NCBI GenBank assembly: GCA_963741955.1
Contig: CAVUKB010000007.1
Span: forward strand, 224,001 to 288,000
From: an uncultured Acidobacteriota bacterium
GTDB lineage: Bacteria > Acidobacteriota > Thermoanaerobaculia > Gp7-AA8
Reading direction: 5' to 3'
DNA length: 64,000 bases
Positions 1 to 10,544 of this stretch are shown in pieces (position 1 is the stretch's first letter; every line of letters begins with the position of its first letter). The notes beneath the pieces were generated by a model. It was not told where the DNA came from and did not search any database. It worked only from the letters and a program-made list of their open reading frames with translations. The translations under genes and the position numbers were made by a program.

Positions 1-522
1 GGCGGCGTGCGAGTGGTCTGCGACGGGATCGCCGATCCGCTCGCTGTTCGCGCCGTAGTGCTTGCCGAACCAGATCCCTCCCCCGCGACTCGCGTCGTAG
101 AAGCCGTAGGCGTCGAGGACGCGCTGCACTTCGCGGATGCCGAGCTGCCGCGAGAACTTCGTCGCCATCTCGTTGCTCGAGACTTTCGCCATCAGCCCGA
201 GCTCGTGACGCGTCTCGGGGTCGAGCGGCTCTCTATGGTCCTCGAACCAGGCGAGGAGGATGCCTACTTTCGCAACGCTCGCTGCGTACTCGATCTGGTC
301 GGGGTGGATCATCGCGACGCGATGCCGTTCGAGGTCGAGAAGACCGACGTCGGTCTGATCGGCGGTCATGCCGTACCTGGCGCGGACGGCCGCGTCGATC
401 CGTTCGAGGGCGGTCTGCAGGGAGGCATCGACCGGAGTGTCGTAGTCGAGCGTGAAGTCGTTCACGGGAGCGGCTCCGCTGGGCGAGAGAAAGAGGACCA
501 GGGCGATGATCGCGGCATGCAC
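1..522 (-). CDS. Secreted serine hydrolase, class A beta-lactamase-like (runs off the left edge)
   Basis: Own translation of the minus strand from GTG at 522: MHAAIIALVLFLSPSGA signal peptide, YAASVAK (SxxK) and MAKVSSN (SxN-like) motifs. Frame open to position 1. Absent from the ORF track because there is no stop in the window. Confidence 0.75.
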   Translation of the reverse strand, partial: MHAAIIALVLFLSPSGAAPVNDFTLDYDTPVDASLQTALERIDAAVRARYGMTADQTDVGLLDLERHRVAMIHPDQIEYAASVAKVGILLAWFEDHREPLDPETRHELGLMAKVSSNEMATKFSRQLGIREVQRVLDAYGFYDASRGGGIWFGKHYGANSERIGDPVADHSHAA

Positions 523-591
523 GCGGGAGAGTGTACAACGGCGTGACGGAGAGTCCGGAGTGCAGGGGAACGGGCTGGAGGCTGGAGCGTC

Positions 592-812
592 GTGGCCGGA
601 CTTTCAAGGATCCGGGGTCGAGGTTCGAGCGGTTCGTGTGCCGGCGCGTTGATCGACTTCGCAGCGCGACTGCAAAAGTTTGGTGGGAGATGGCGACTGG
701 GGAGTCAGGCGCGGTTTACCAAACTTTTGGAGCCCGGATTCGCGGAGTGAGCAGCGAGCGGAGATCGATCGCAGTCCGAATGACGGGCCATGGTCCTTGA
801 AAGTTCGGCCAC
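592..812 (+). repeat. ~225-bp intergenic element, family A, copy 1
   Basis: Terminal IR GTGGCCGRACTTTCAAGGA/TCCTTGAAAGTTCGGCCAC and internal IR CAAAAGTTTGGT/ACCAAACTTTTG. Homologous to copies at 4753, 5973 and 46787. Confidence 0.9.
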
Positions 813-832
813 AGGGGTTCGGGCTTCGGCCG

Positions 833-854
833 GTGGATCGCGAATCCGCACTCC
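833..854 (-). repeat. REP-like hairpin (GGAGTGCGGAY-N5-RTCCRC family)
   Basis: Reverse complement reads GGAGTGCGGATTCGCGATCCAC. Related copies at 3701, 3724, 46709, 62604, 62872 and 63029. Confidence 0.6.
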
Positions 855-893
855 GCGGCGTCGCAGTGGTGCGATAATGGATCTTTCCTCTCC

Positions 894-3618
894 ATGCACA
901 TCCGCAAGGGTTCGCTGCTCGGGCCGTACGAGATCGTCGCGCCGATCGGCGCGGGCGGGATGGGAGAGGTGTGGAAGGCGCGCGACACGCGTCTCGATCG
1001 CAGCGTGGCGATCAAGGTCCTACCCCGCCGGGTTCGCTACCGACGCGAAGATGAAGATCCGCTTCGAGCGCGAGGCGAGGACGATCTCGCGGCTCGAGCA
1101 TCCGAACATCTGCCGGTTGTATGACGTGGGAGAGGCTGTCGTCGACGACGTGCAGCGCGGGGCTGTGGGGTCGCCAGGGGCGGACGGGACGGGTCTGCTC
1201 CACCAGTTTCTCGTGATGGAGCTCCTCGACGGCGAGTCGCTCGCGGAGCGGATCGCGAAGGGTCCGCTCCCCATAGCCGACGTTCTCCGTTACGGTGCCG
1301 AGATCGGCGACGCGCTCCACCGCGCGCACATCGCAGGCGTCGTGCATCGCGATCTCAAGCCCGGCAACATCATGATCACGAAGTCGGGCGCGAAGCTCCT
1401 CGACTTCGGTCTCGCGAAACGCGCTTCCTCCGTCGTCGACAGCGACGGCGTCACGCTCGCAGAAATCCCTCACCGAAGAAGGGACGATCGTCGGCACGTT
1501 CCAGTACATGGCGCCCGAGCAGCTCGATGGCGAAGAGGCCTGATGCCCGTACCGACATCTTCGCGCTCGGCGCGGTTCTGTACGAGATGGCCACCGGCCG
1601 GCGGGCGTTCGAATCGAAGACGAAGCCGAACCTCATCGCGGCCATCATGGGTGGAACGCCCCTACCGATGTCGGAGCTCCAGCCACTCACTCTGCAAGGG
1701 CTGGAGCACATCGTCGGCCGATGCCTCGAGAAGGAGCGGGATCGCCGGTGGCAGAGCGCGTCCGACGTCGCCGCCGAGCTGCGATGGATTGCCCACGCCG
1801 TTCCTGGCGTGCCGGCCGCGCCGCGCCGTGGAAACGTGCGCGAACGAATCCTCGCCGGAATCGGCAGTGGTGGCGCTCGTGGTTGCCGCCATCGCCGGAG
1901 CCGCTGCATATCGGGCGCGAGCTGTACGGACGCTACCGGTCGTCGCCACACTCGTCGAGGCGGCCGGGCCGGACTTCCATCTGGTCGAGGACGAAGCGAC
2001 CTTCGCCGTGTCGCCCGACGGTAGTACGGTCGTGTTCGTCGGCCAGGACAGCTCGGGGCAGCGCGCGCTGTGGCTCCGTCGTCTCGACGGCGCCGCGGTT
2101 TCGCGCCTCGCCGGAACCGATGGCGCAACGAACCCCTTCTGGTCTCCGGACGGGAGTTTCATCGCTTTCTTCGCCAACGACAAACTGCAGACCGTCGATC
2201 TTCGGGGCAGCCCACCACGCGTTCTCTGCGAGGTCGGCCTTCATCCCCATCGCGGATCGTGGAACCGGGACGGCGTCATCATCTTCTCCCCCTCCGCGCT
2301 CAGTTCCGTCTATCGCGTCAGCGCCGCCGGAGGAAAGGCAACGCCGCTCACGACACTCGACGTCTCGCGAAACGAGACGACGCATCGCTGGGCGTCGTTC
2401 CTCCCCGACGGCAGGCACTTTCTCTATCTTGCCGCCTCGCACGGAAGCTCCCGGGAGAGTGAGTCCAACCGGGTGCTGATCGGCGATCTCGCGGGCGGTC
2501 TCTCCACACCGGTGACGCAGGCCCGTTCGAACGTCGAGTACAGCCGGGGGCATCTGCTGTACGCCCGAGGCGGGGTCCTTCTGGCGCAGCGATTCGATCT
2601 CCGAACGCTCACCGTCAGCGGCGATCCGATTCCGCTCGCGCAACGTGTCGGCTACGATCCGGGCGCGTTCCTCGGACTCTTCTCCGCTTCGTCCGACGGA
2701 GTGCTGGTGTTCGCCACCGCCAACCCATCGTTCGGAAAGCTCACCCTCGAGCGGCTCGACGGCAACGGAAAGAAGGAGGCAATTCTCGCCGACGAGCCGG
2801 ACATGCCCGTTTCGCCGTTCGCGCCGGGACCAGCCATGTCGCCGAGTGGGGACCGCATCGTCTTCGAACGCGACGACGTGTCGGCCGGAAGCTCCGATCT
2901 GTGGCTGCTCGACTTCAAACAGAGGGTCACGTCCCGTTTCACTTTCGGTTCTGCCGACGAGCGGTATCCCATCTGGTCTCCGGACGGGAAGATGATCGCC
3001 TTCTCCAGCACGGCCGCCGGGCTCGAGATCCGAGTGAAGAGCGCTTCGGGCGCGACCGACGAGAGGGTGCTGCCCTCCTCGAAGAATATGGTACCGAGCG
3101 CATGGTCACCCGACGGCCGCTCTCTCCTGGCGACGAGGTGGGACCCGCGAAAGATGGCCCCTCTCGAAGTGATGCTCTATTCGCTGGAACAGCAGACGAT
3201 GCGGCCGTTCCTCTCGACCGGCTCGGGAGACCAGGCAGCGACGTTCTCTCCGGATGGGCAGTGGGTGGCGTGGGTTTCGGGACCGGGGGATCGCGCACAG
3301 ATCTACGTCACCTCATTCGCATCGCCGGGCACGGCGAAATGGCAGATCTCTCCCTCCGGTACCGACGGCAGGCCCGAGTGGATCGGGAACGAGATCTTCT
3401 ACAGAAAGGGCGACACTCTGATGGCGGTCCCGGTGACCGAGCACGCCACGGCGATCGAGGCCAGAGAGCCGCACCAGGTGCTGCGCGATTCGACGCTGTC
3501 GTTCGTCCGCCCTGCCCCCGATGGTCACGGCTTCATCGGCATCCGTCGTGACTCCGCTGCCGGCGCGTCGCCGATCGAGCTGGTCACGAACTGGGCCTCA
3601 GCGATCGACAGACCGTGA
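894..3618 (+). CDS. Ser/Thr protein kinase with TM segment and C-terminal TolB/PD40 beta-propeller, interrupted by about four +1 frameshifts
   Basis: [41 protein letters not shown] and DIFALG motifs are spread over three frames (shifts near 1025, 1458, 1541, 1863). WSPDG repeats downstream. Confidence 0.85.
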
Positions 3619-3700
3619 GTGGCCGGATCCGCCGATTGGATCCGATGCTGCCGGGGATCCGGGTGGTGCAGCTGTCGCGCACGCGCCGTTAGCCCGCGCC

Positions 3701-3746
3701 GCGGACTGCAAGTCCGCACTCCGGCGGACTACAAATCCGCACTTCC
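3701..3746 (-). repeat. Tandem pair of REP-like hairpins
   Basis: GCGGACTGCAAGTCCGCACTCC followed by GCGGACTACAAATCCGCACTTCC. Confidence 0.7.
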
Positions 3747-3838
3747 GGCAGGAGGAATGCGCGAAGCAGCCGTGCTACTCTCGCGTGAGCGTCGCCCGCC
3801 CCGGCATTCACCTGAACCGCGCGGGATCGAGGAGGACA

Positions 3839-4696
3839 ATGCAGGACGAACGAACGGCGTTTCCGGACAGCACGGCGGTGAGAGTTGCGTTGTGGCGCGC
3901 GCTGCACGTCGAGGTCGATTCGCCGCCGCATGTGCTCGAAGACACCATCGGTCTCGACCTGACGGCGCCGGACCCGGCGTGGCGCGAGCGTCCGGACATG
4001 AATCCGCTTTGGACGGCGCGGATGCGCGCATCGATCGTGGCGCGTGCGCGATTCGTGGAGGATCAGGTTGCGGAGGAGGCCGCCCGCGGAGTCGGCCAGT
4101 ACGTGATCCTCGGCGCGGGCCTCGACACGTTCGCGCAGCGGAGCCCGGATATCGGGTCGCGTATGCGCGTGTTCGAAGTGGATCGTCCCGGGCCGCAGAG
4201 GTGGAAGAGAGAACGGCTGATCGATCTCGGGTATGGCGTGCCGGAGTGGCTGCGGCTGGTCCCGTTCGATTTCGAGGAGGGGATGTCGTGGTGGGACGCG
4301 CTCGCATCCGCCGGATTCGATGCGAAAGCGCCGACCGTCGTCGCCTCCACGGGAGTGACCATGTACCTCACGCGCGACGCGAATGCGGCGACGATGCGCC
4401 AGCTCACGTCGCTCGCGCCGGGATCGACATTCGTCACCACGTTCATGCTGCCGCTCGAGCGGATCGATCCCGAAGACCGCTCGATGGCCGAGCGTGCACA
4501 GAAGGGGGCGGCCGCGTCGGGGACGCCCTTCATCAGCTTCTTCACTCCGGAAGAGATTCTCGCGCTGGCGAAGGAAGCGGGATTCAAAGAAGTCCGGCAT
4601 GTCTCTGCGGAGGATCTCGTGAAGCGCTATTTCGGCGGGCGCAGTGACGGGCTTCGGCCGTCGAACGGCGAGGAGCTGATGGTTGCGAGAACGTGA
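3839..4696 (+). CDS. SAM-dependent methyltransferase, leucine carboxyl methyltransferase (LCM) family
   Basis: STAVRVALWRALH, QYVILGAGLDT and VFEVD motifs. GGAGG RBS precedes ATG 3839. Confidence 0.88.
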   Translation: MQDERTAFPDSTAVRVALWRALHVEVDSPPHVLEDTIGLDLTAPDPAWRERPDMNPLWTARMRASIVARARFVEDQVAEEAARGVGQYVILGAGLDTFAQRSPDIGSRMRVFEVDRPGPQRWKRERLIDLGYGVPEWLRLVPFDFEEGMSWWDALASAGFDAKAPTVVASTGVTMYLTRDANAATMRQLTSLAPGSTFVTTFMLPLERIDPEDRSMAERAQKGAAASGTPFISFFTPEEILALAKEAGFKEVRHVSAEDLVKRYFGGRSDGLRPSNGEELMVART

Positions 4697-4752
4697 GTGA
4701 CTTGAAAGCTCGAGGCTAGAGGTAGTGCTTCAGGTGATGATGGGTTCGGGCG

Positions 4753-4977
4753 TCGTGGCCGGACTTTCAAGGATCCGGGGTCGATGTTCAGGGCATTCGC
4801 TTGCCGGCGCGTTGATCGTCTTCGCAGCGCGACTCCAAAAGTTTGGTAATCGAAGACGACCGGGGAGAGAGGCGCGGTTTACCAAACTTTTGGAGCCCGG
4901 ATTCGGGCAGCGAGCTGCGTGAGTGGATTGATCGCGGTCCAAATGACGGGCGGTGGTTCTTGAAAGTTCGGCCACGA
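4753..4977 (+). repeat. ~225-bp intergenic element, family A, copy 2
   Basis: Same terminal and internal inverted repeats as copy 1; lies between convergent genes. Confidence 0.9.
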
Positions 4978-5007
4978 GGAGCCGTTTGAACGCAGTCCTC
5001 CTTTGCC

Positions 5008-5925
5008 TCACTCGATCGTCAGGACCGCTTTGCCGCTGAACGAGCGGTTCTCGAGCTCCGCAAGAAGTGAGGGGAGGTCGGTCCAGTCGCGCCGGCGTTC
5101 GATCTTCGGCTGCAGCCGTCCCGCGGCGACGAAGTCGAGAAGGCGCCGCAGGTCGTGCGCGCCGATGCGGCGGCTGTCGAGCTCTTCGAAGACGATCAGC
5201 CCGTAGATCGTCGCTGCGCCTTTCGCATAGAGCGTGCGCGGGTTGAAGACGGTCTCCTCTTCGGAGGAGTTGCCGATGGTGACGACCACGCCGCCGGGCG
5301 CAATCTTCTCGATCGCCGAGGCGAGCGAGCTTCCACCGACCGACTCGAGAACGAACGCGAACGGGCCATCGGCTTCGCCGACATCCGCGACGGCGGCGTG
5401 GGCTCCGAGCGCTCTGAGTGCGACTCGGCGGTCGGCGCTCGAGCTGACCGCAGTCACACGTGCCCCGCTCATGACCGCGAGTTGAATGGCGAGCTGACCG
5501 ACGCCACCCGAGCCGCCGGTGACGAGGACGTCTTTGCCGAGGATCGATCCGGCGACTTCGAGTGCGCGCATGACGGTGAGGCCCGCGATGGGGAGGGTCG
5601 CGGCGACGGTGACGTCGACCTCGTCCGGGACGATCGCGGCGTGTGCGGCAGGGACGGCGACGAGCTCGGCCCATCCTCCGCGGCTCACCATCGCGGCGAC
5701 GCGCGCTCCCTTCGCGGGGCCACGCCCGTTCGCTGCGGGCTTCTCCACGATTCCGGCGACGTCCCATCCGGGGACCAAGCCGTCGGACGCGCGCGCGGCG
5801 GTACGGATCTCGCCGCGATTGAGGGAAATGGCGCGAACGCGAACGAGGATCTCGTCAGTGCCGGGTGTCGGGTCTGCACTTTCGGCGAGATGGAGTTTTC
5901 CGGAGCGGACGGTCCAGGCTTTCAT
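5008..5925 (-). CDS. MDR-family NADPH:quinone oxidoreductase-like dehydrogenase
   Basis: VRVRAISLN, PGWDVAG, VLVTGGSGGVG and C-terminal GKAVL motifs. Confidence 0.88.
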   Translation of the reverse strand: MKAWTVRSGKLHLAESADPTPGTDEILVRVRAISLNRGEIRTAARASDGLVPGWDVAGIVEKPAANGRGPAKGARVAAMVSRGGWAELVAVPAAHAAIVPDEVDVTVAATLPIAGLTVMRALEVAGSILGKDVLVTGGSGGVGQLAIQLAVMSGARVTAVSSSADRRVALRALGAHAAVADVGEADGPFAFVLESVGGSSLASAIEKIAPGGVVVTIGNSSEEETVFNPRTLYAKGAATIYGLIVFEELDSRRIGAHDLRRLLDFVAAGRLQPKIERRRDWTDLPSLLAELENRSFSGKAVLTIE

Positions 5926-5972
5926 CGATGCCTCCGGGAGTCATTGTACGACCGAGGCGAGAGGCTCGATCG

Positions 5973-6198
5973 TCGTGGCCGAACTTTCAAGGATCCGGGG
6001 TCGAGGTTCAGGGTATTCGTGTGCCGACGCGTTGATCGTCTTCGCAGCGCGACTCCAGAAGTTTGGTGGTGGCTGCCGACTGGGGAGAGAGGCGCGGTTT
6101 ACCAAACTTTTGGAGCTCGGATTCGGGCAGCGAGCTGCGTGAGTGGATTGATTGGTGGTCCGAATGGCGGACCGGGGTGCTTGAAAGTTCGGCCACGA
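5973..6198 (+). repeat. ~225-bp intergenic element, family A, copy 3
   Basis: Same inverted-repeat architecture as copies 1 and 2. Confidence 0.9.
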
Positions 6199-6204
6199 GG
6201 GTTG

Positions 6205-6275
6205 CCCCTCACCCTTCCCTCTCCCCGAAGGACGGTTCGCCGGCTGAAGTTGATTGTGTACCGACGGGGAGAGGG
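6205..6275 (+). repeat. CCCTCACCC..CCCTCTCCC/GGGAGAGGG palindromic repeat
   Basis: CCCTCTCCCCG (6217-6227) pairs with CGGGGAGAGGG (6265-6275). Resembles a widespread intergenic repeat often seen near DUF559 genes. Confidence 0.55.
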
Positions 6276-6456
6276 TATCCGCCGCCCGACCCGGCGAGAG
6301 GAACCGGCGGCGACTGCGTTACGATCCATCGGCGAGCCCCGTCTCCCTCCCCGTCTCCCTCCCCGGTTCGAACGCCGACAGCATCGCTGAGAGCGCATCG
6401 TCTCGAAATCGCGCGACGATGGGGCGGTTCTCGAGTCCAATTCCATCGAGCAGTCT

Positions 6457-9189
6457 TCAGGCTTCGGATTCCTTCGCTTCGAGCTCCGCCTGCGCGAGGG
6501 CGAGGCGTGCGACGGGTACTCGATACGGCGAACAGGAGACGTAATCGAGTCCGACGGAGCGGAAGAACCTGATCGAATCGGGATCGCCTCCGTGCTCTCC
6601 GCAGATGCCGACTTTCAGTTTCGGGTTCGCGGCGCGGCCGCGCTCCGTCCCGAGGCGCACCAGCTGCCCCACACCTTCGGCGTCGATGGTCTGGAACGGG
6701 TCGCGCTTGAGGACTTTCTTCTCGAGATAGTCCGGAAGGAACGAGCCGATGTCGTCACGCGAAAAGCCGTACGTCATCTGGGTGAGGTCGTTGGTACCGA
6801 AGGAGAAGAACTCGGCGATCTCGGCGAGATCTCCGGCGATGAGCGCCGCGCGCGGAATCTCGATCATCGTACCGATGACGATCTGCACATCGCACTTCTC
6901 GCGCTCGACGATCTCTTTCGCCACGCGGGCGGTCATCTCGCGGGTGATCGCGAGCTCGGGAACGCTTCCGACCAGCGGAATCATCACTTCCGGATGAACC
7001 TCCAGTCCTTCTTTCCGGACCAGACAGGCGGCCTCGAAGATGGCGCGCACCTGCATCTCGTAAATCTCGGGGTACGTGATCCCCAGACGGCATCCGCGAT
7101 GACCGAGCATGGGGTTGGATTCGTGCAACTGTGCGACCTTGGCGCGGAGCTCGACGAAGCCCCAGTTCATGTCGCGGGCGAGGGTGGAGATCTGCGCTTC
7201 GCTCTGGGGGAGAAACTCGTGAAGGGGCGGATCGAGTAGCCGGATGGTGACCGGACGTCCCTCCAGCGCGCGGTAGATCTCGCAAAAGTCGTCGCGCTGG
7301 TAGGGGATGATCTTCTCCAGCGCGACGCGCCGGCCCTCTTCGTGGCGGGCGAGAATCATCTCCCGCACCGCGAGGATGCGCTCCTCCTGGAAGAACATGT
7401 GCTCGGTGCGACAGAGTCCGATTCCTTCCGCTCCGAACGCCACCGCGACTTGCGCGTCGCGCCCGGTATCGGCGTTGGTGCGGATGCCCATGGTGCGGAT
7501 CTCGTCCGCCCATTCGAGCAGCAGCTTGAAGTCTTCGTACAGCGGTGACTCCTCGGGCTTCATCGTTCCCTCGAGGAGCACCTGGGCAACTTCGGAGGGT
7601 CGGGTCTCCAGCCGGTCCACCAACACTTCGCCGGTGGTGCCGTCGATGGAGATCCAGTCGCCTTCCTGCAGCGAAGGATGGCCCTCGGCACGAATCTCAC
7701 CGCGGTTGTAGTCGACCTTCAGCGTTCCGCTGCCGACGATGCACGGCTTCCCCATTCCTCGGGCGACGACGGCGGCGTGCGACGTGAGTCCTCCGCGCGT
7801 GGTGAGGATGCCCGCCGCGGCGTGCATTCCGGCGATGTCTTCGGGAGAGGTCTCGATCCGTACCAGGATGACGGGCTCGCGTCCCTTTGCCAGTTCGACG
7901 ACCCGCTCGGCACTGAACGCGATGCGTCCGGAGGCGGCGCCTGGTCCGGCAGCGAGGCCGCGGGCCATCAGGCGGCCGGTCGAGAGTGCCTGCTCCTTTC
8001 CCTTCTGATCGAAGACCGGAGCGAGGAGTTGCAGGATCTGATTCGGCTCCACCCGCTCGACCGCTTCACGCGGCTGGATCAGCCCCTCTCGCACCATGTC
8101 GCACGCGATTCTCACTGCGGCGAGGCCGGTGCGCTTCCCGGTGCGGGTCTGGAGGAGATAGAGACGGCCGGCTTCGATGGTGAACTCGATGTCCTGCATG
8201 TCGCGGTAGTGCTGTTCGAGTTTTCCGTAGATCTCGAGCAGCTGCTGATACGCGTCCGGCATCGTCTCTTCGAGCGAGTTCGCTGCGCCGGCGGCGCGGT
8301 CCTTCGAGATCGGAAGGGGAGTGCGGATGCCGGCGACTACGTCTTCGCCCTGAGCGTTCGGGAGGTACTCGCCGTAGAATCGCTTTTCTCCCGACGCGGG
8401 ATCGCGGGTGAAGGCGACGCCGGTCCCGCAGTCGTTGCCCATGTTGCCGAAGACCATGGTCTGCACGTTGACCGCGGTTCCCCACTCGTCGGGGATTCTG
8501 TTCAGCCGCCGGTACGTGATCGCACGGGGGTTCTTCCACGAACCGAATACGGCACCGATCGCGCCCCAGAGCTGCTCGCGCACATCCTGCGGGAAGTCGT
8601 GTCCGATCTGCGAGCGAACCAGCTTCTTGTACGCGCCGACCAGTTCCTGCAGCGCCTCGGACGGAATCTCCGGATCGCTCTTCGCGCCGGATCGGTCGCG
8701 GGCTTCTTCCAGAAGCTCTTCGAACTCGTCGTGCTCGACGCCGAGAACGACGTCGCTGTACATCTGAATGAATCGGCGGTAAGAATCCCAGGCGAATCGG
8801 GGCTCACTCGCGGAGCGTGCAAGTCCTTTCACCGTCTCGTCGTTGAGCCCGAGGTTGAGGATGGTGTCCATCATCCCCGGCATGGACGCGCGGGCGCCGG
8901 ATCGTACCGAAACGAGAAGCGGCTTCTGCGGATCTCCGAACTTTCTCCCCGCCGCGTCTTCCAGCTTGCGAAGGTTGTCGTCGACTTCCTTCTGGAGCTC
9001 CGGAGGATACGTGTTGCCGTGCTGATCGAACCAGGTGCACGCCTCGGTGGAGATGGTGAACCCGGGAGGGACCGGAATGCCGATGTTGGTCATCTCGGCC
9101 AGTCCCGCTCCTTTGCCACCGAGCAGGTTCTTCATCGTGGCATTGCCGTCTGCTTTACCGTTGCCGAAGAAGTAGACGTATCGAGTCAT
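6457..9189 (-). CDS. ppdK: Pyruvate phosphate dikinase
   Basis: LLGGKGAGLAEM, LLVSVRSGA, GGLTSHAAVVAR, GIGLCRTEHMF and GICGEHGG motifs. True start is MTRYVYFF at 9189. Confidence 0.97.
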   Translation of the reverse strand: MTRYVYFFGNGKADGNATMKNLLGGKGAGLAEMTNIGIPVPPGFTISTEACTWFDQHGNTYPPELQKEVDDNLRKLEDAAGRKFGDPQKPLLVSVRSGARASMPGMMDTILNLGLNDETVKGLARSASEPRFAWDSYRRFIQMYSDVVLGVEHDEFEELLEEARDRSGAKSDPEIPSEALQELVGAYKKLVRSQIGHDFPQDVREQLWGAIGAVFGSWKNPRAITYRRLNRIPDEWGTAVNVQTMVFGNMGNDCGTGVAFTRDPASGEKRFYGEYLPNAQGEDVVAGIRTPLPISKDRAAGAANSLEETMPDAYQQLLEIYGKLEQHYRDMQDIEFTIEAGRLYLLQTRTGKRTGLAAVRIACDMVREGLIQPREAVERVEPNQILQLLAPVFDQKGKEQALSTGRLMARGLAAGPGAASGRIAFSAERVVELAKGREPVILVRIETSPEDIAGMHAAAGILTTRGGLTSHAAVVARGMGKPCIVGSGTLKVDYNRGEIRAEGHPSLQEGDWISIDGTTGEVLVDRLETRPSEVAQVLLEGTMKPEESPLYEDFKLLLEWADEIRTMGIRTNADTGRDAQVAVAFGAEGIGLCRTEHMFFQEERILAVREMILARHEEGRRVALEKIIPYQRDDFCEIYRALEGRPVTIRLLDPPLHEFLPQSEAQISTLARDMNWGFVELRAKVAQLHESNPMLGHRGCRLGITYPEIYEMQVRAIFEAACLVRKEGLEVHPEVMIPLVGSVPELAITREMTARVAKEIVEREKCDVQIVIGTMIEIPRAALIAGDLAEIAEFFSFGTNDLTQMTYGFSRDDIGSFLPDYLEKKVLKRDPFQTIDAEGVGQLVRLGTERGRAANPKLKVGICGEHGGDPDSIRFFRSVGLDYVSCSPYRVPVARLALAQAELEAKESEA

Positions 9190-9296
9190 GTGGTCTCTCT
9201 CGTTTTCCCGTCGATCTGAATTCGGGTGCGGTACGGATCCCGTGAGTCGTCCGGGCCAAGTGAATCCTAATGCGAAGAGGCCGGACGTGCCACCAT

Positions 9297-10544
9297 TCAG
9301 CGGGCGATCTCGAGGTCGGCGCGACTTTCCATCAGCCGGGCGATCCAGCTTTCGGGGGGACCGAGGTCTTTGGTGCTGCCGGCCGGAACGAACTGCACGA
9401 CGGAGAGGTCGATGCCGTGAGCGGCGAGCGCTTCGCGCAATGCGGCGACCTCCTTCTCGGCGAGGCGGAGGTTCTCGGCGGCAGTTGCCTGATGAAATTC
9501 GTGGATCACGATCCGCGGTGATTTCGTTCGGTAGCGGGCGATCAGGGCGGCAGTGAACGCGAGTCCAGCGGCGTTCGCGTGGGAGTCGAGTGAACCGTCG
9601 TTTTCGAAATGAAGCCCGTAAAGCCGATAGGAACCGAGTCGCCGGAGGAATTCGTCCGCGAGCCGCGAGTCGGGTGCGACTGACGCGCTCCCCTCTTTCC
9701 GGCCGAACCAGGAAGGTCCGGCAAAGAGGGGGGCGGGCCAGAGCCGGAACCACCAGACGGCATTCAGGGTGGAACTGTCCGGGGTCACGGTCATCGCGCC
9801 GCAACCGTATTCGGCTCCGCGCATCCAGACGAAGCGGATCATTTCGCCGTCGAGACCACCGTCCAGATGCATCTCGCCGGCGGTCGTTCGTACCGTGCCG
9901 GCGATACGATTGCCGGTCGAGCCGAAGCTCCCGCTGTCGTTGTTGAGCTTCCAGGTTCCGTCGACGGCGCCGATGGCCGGAGGCTCGAGAGGCTGGCCGC
10001 GCCCCTCGAGGAGTGCGACGGCTGCCTGTCGGGTCGATCCGGCGGTCTCGACGGTCGTGGCGCGGATGAAACGCGCCTCGACCGGGCCGGCCGTGAAGAG
10101 CTGATTCGGCCCCGGTTTCTCGAGCCTTACGGTAGTGAGCGGGTGAAAGTCCTTTCCGTCCTCCGACCATTCGTACCGGATCGTCCGCGCGCTGGCGGCA
10201 GGACTTCCGAACGGCGTGGAGAGGCCGACGTGGTCGATGCGACACTTTGCCGGAAGCTCGAACGTCATCGAAGCTTCGACGGTATCCGGAGGCGTGATCC
10301 ACATGCTGAGGGTGTTGCTGTCGACGGCCTGGATCGCGGAGCTGTCGAGAGACATCTCACCGCTGCGGTGCGTGACGACCACGCCGTGTGGAAGATTGAA
10401 GAGATTCTCGGAATCGTCAGGAAGAGATGTGGCGGTCTGCTCGGCCTTCACCGGCTTTACGGAGCTCGCGGCTTCCTCCACCTGTCGACATCCGGCCAAC
10501 AGAAGAAGAATTGGAACGGCGATCGCGACGGTGCGCAGGTTCAT
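9297..10544 (-). CDS. Lipoprotein with discoidin/F5-8-like N-domain and degenerate OmpA-like C-domain
   Basis: Lipobox LAGC. WSEDGKDF and EARFIR resemble F5/8-type C. YGLHFE and ENLRLA resemble OmpA_C. Start overlaps the glyS stop. Confidence 0.55.
   Translation of the reverse strand: MNLRTVAIAVPILLLLAGCRQVEEAASSVKPVKAEQTATSLPDDSENLFNLPHGVVVTHRSGEMSLDSSAIQAVDSNTLSMWITPPDTVEASMTFELPAKCRIDHVGLSTPFGSPAASARTIRYEWSEDGKDFHPLTTVRLEKPGPNQLFTAGPVEARFIRATTVETAGSTRQAAVALLEGRGQPLEPPAIGAVDGTWKLNNDSGSFGSTGNRIAGTVRTTAGEMHLDGGLDGEMIRFVWMRGAEYGCGAMTVTPDSSTLNAVWWFRLWPAPLFAGPSWFGRKEGSASVAPDSRLADEFLRRLGSYRLYGLHFENDGSLDSHANAAGLAFTAALIARYRTKSPRIVIHEFHQATAAENLRLAEKEVAALREALAAHGIDLSVVQFVPAGSTKDLGPPESWIARLMESRADLEIAR

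Noticed and set aside
7-546. Plus-strand 179-aa ORF
   Set aside because: Antisense shadow of the minus-strand serine hydrolase, which has a signal peptide and SxxK motif.
531-877. Small ORFs overlapping family A repeats (also near 4725, 6008, 46712)
   Set aside because: Starts, stops and frames are not conserved among the four copies, so the element appears non-coding.
9190-10302. Apparent 370-aa N-terminal extension of PpdK in the ORF track
   Set aside because: It overlaps the real lipoprotein gene in another frame. PpdK homology starts at MTRYVYFF (9189) with its own RBS.
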